64,000 nucleotides of DNA from Eubacteriales bacterium (lineage in GTDB: Bacteria; Bacillota; Clostridia; Oscillospirales; CAG-272). The notes under the pieces are model-generated. The model had not been told where the DNA came from, searched no databases, and saw nothing but the letters and a program-made list of their open reading frames with translations. The stretch spans positions 6,486 to 70,485 of the forward strand of contig JAZRLS010000055.1 of NCBI GenBank assembly GCA_045646945.1, written 5' to 3'. Position 1 is the first letter of the stretch. Each line of letters begins with the position of its first letter. The position numbers and the translations under genes are program-made. Shown here in pieces: positions 63,840 through 64,000 of this stretch.

Positions 63840-64000
63840 CTATACCTCGTTTTTTCGCAATAGCAGCGTTTCCCCAGCATCACTTTTCATCATTATATAT
63901 ACGTCTTTGATCGAGAGTTGCTGCTTGGCAAGCTCTTTTTCGATGTTTTCTCTCGTCAGATTCAGCTCCTGTAAATTGTGCTTGTTGATAACACCCTTGT
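63840..64000 (-). CDS. C-terminal fragment of a DUF421 (YetF-like) membrane protein (5' end lies outside the window)
   Basis: My hand translation of the minus strand from 63998 gives KGVINKHNLQELNLTRENIEKELAKQQLSIKDVYIMMKSDAGETLLLRKNEV, followed by a TAG stop at 63840-63842. The stop lies 3 nt before the DUF4363 start. The family call is by context. Confidence 0.5.
   Translation of the reverse strand, partial: KGVINKHNLQELNLTRENIEKELAKQQLSIKDVYIMMKSDAGETLLLRKNEV

Noticed and set aside
1-64000. Searched for mobile elements, prophage, CRISPR arrays, tRNA/rRNA genes, toxin-antitoxin pairs or recognisable defence systems.
   Set aside because: No transposase, integrase, recombinase, Cas, phage structural or small paired toxin-like ORFs were seen. 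No intergenic region exceeds about 300 nt, and none shows tRNA-like or repeat-spacer structure.

Overview
A 64-kb chromosomal segment of an endospore-forming Firmicute. Gene content is Clostridia-like: spoVAD/spoVAE, ylbJ, yqfC/yqfD, type III glutamine synthetase, type-2 IleRS and class I LysRS. About 57 CDS tile almost the whole window. I found no rRNA, tRNA, CRISPR array, transposase, integrase or phage genes. Gene order: 3' end of the spc/alpha ribosomal operons (secY-adk-map-infA-rpmJ-rpsM-rpsK-rpsD-rpoA-rplQ); radical-SAM/cinA divergent pair; SH3-like lipoprotein; spoVAD-spoVAEb; ylbJ; yqfC-yqfD-phoH-ybeY-era-recO-mutS2; long-form PRPP synthetase; FAD oxidoreductase/AraC pair; ileS; maf-mreB-mreC-mreD-CPBP protease-PBP2; glnN; DUF1385; LRR lipoprotein; P2-type cation ATPase. 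The only clearly accessory-looking block lies at 40-51 kb. It holds a fused MacB-type ABC ATPase/permease with a Zn-ribbon membrane partner. Divergent from these are two tandem paralogous secreted proteins (GLUG-like beta-helix plus EEP phosphodiesterase domain) and a CE2-like SGNH esterase. The rest is hemolysin-III, DAHP synthase, flavin reductase-proA-yfcE, a MoxR-DUF58-DUF4129-like-XRE/TPR operon, a sugar-phosphate isomerase, class I LysRS, azlCD and DUF4363/DUF421. The most noteworthy non-annotated signals are: (1) a 120-bp nested palindrome with a 1-2-3-4 attenuator layout between the Zn-ribbon gene and the P-type ATPase; (2) a ~115-nt intergenic repeat present twice, each copy starting right after a stop codon; (3) a class I LysRS carrying a C-terminal Trbp111/EMAPII-like tRNA-binding domain; (4) the tandem secreted beta-helix/EEP paralogs, which show an intragenic drop in GC and an in-frame TAG-ATG junction to the esterase gene. 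I did not find a compelling, clearly new multi-gene system. The 40-51 kb locus is the best candidate, and its function is inferred only from motifs.
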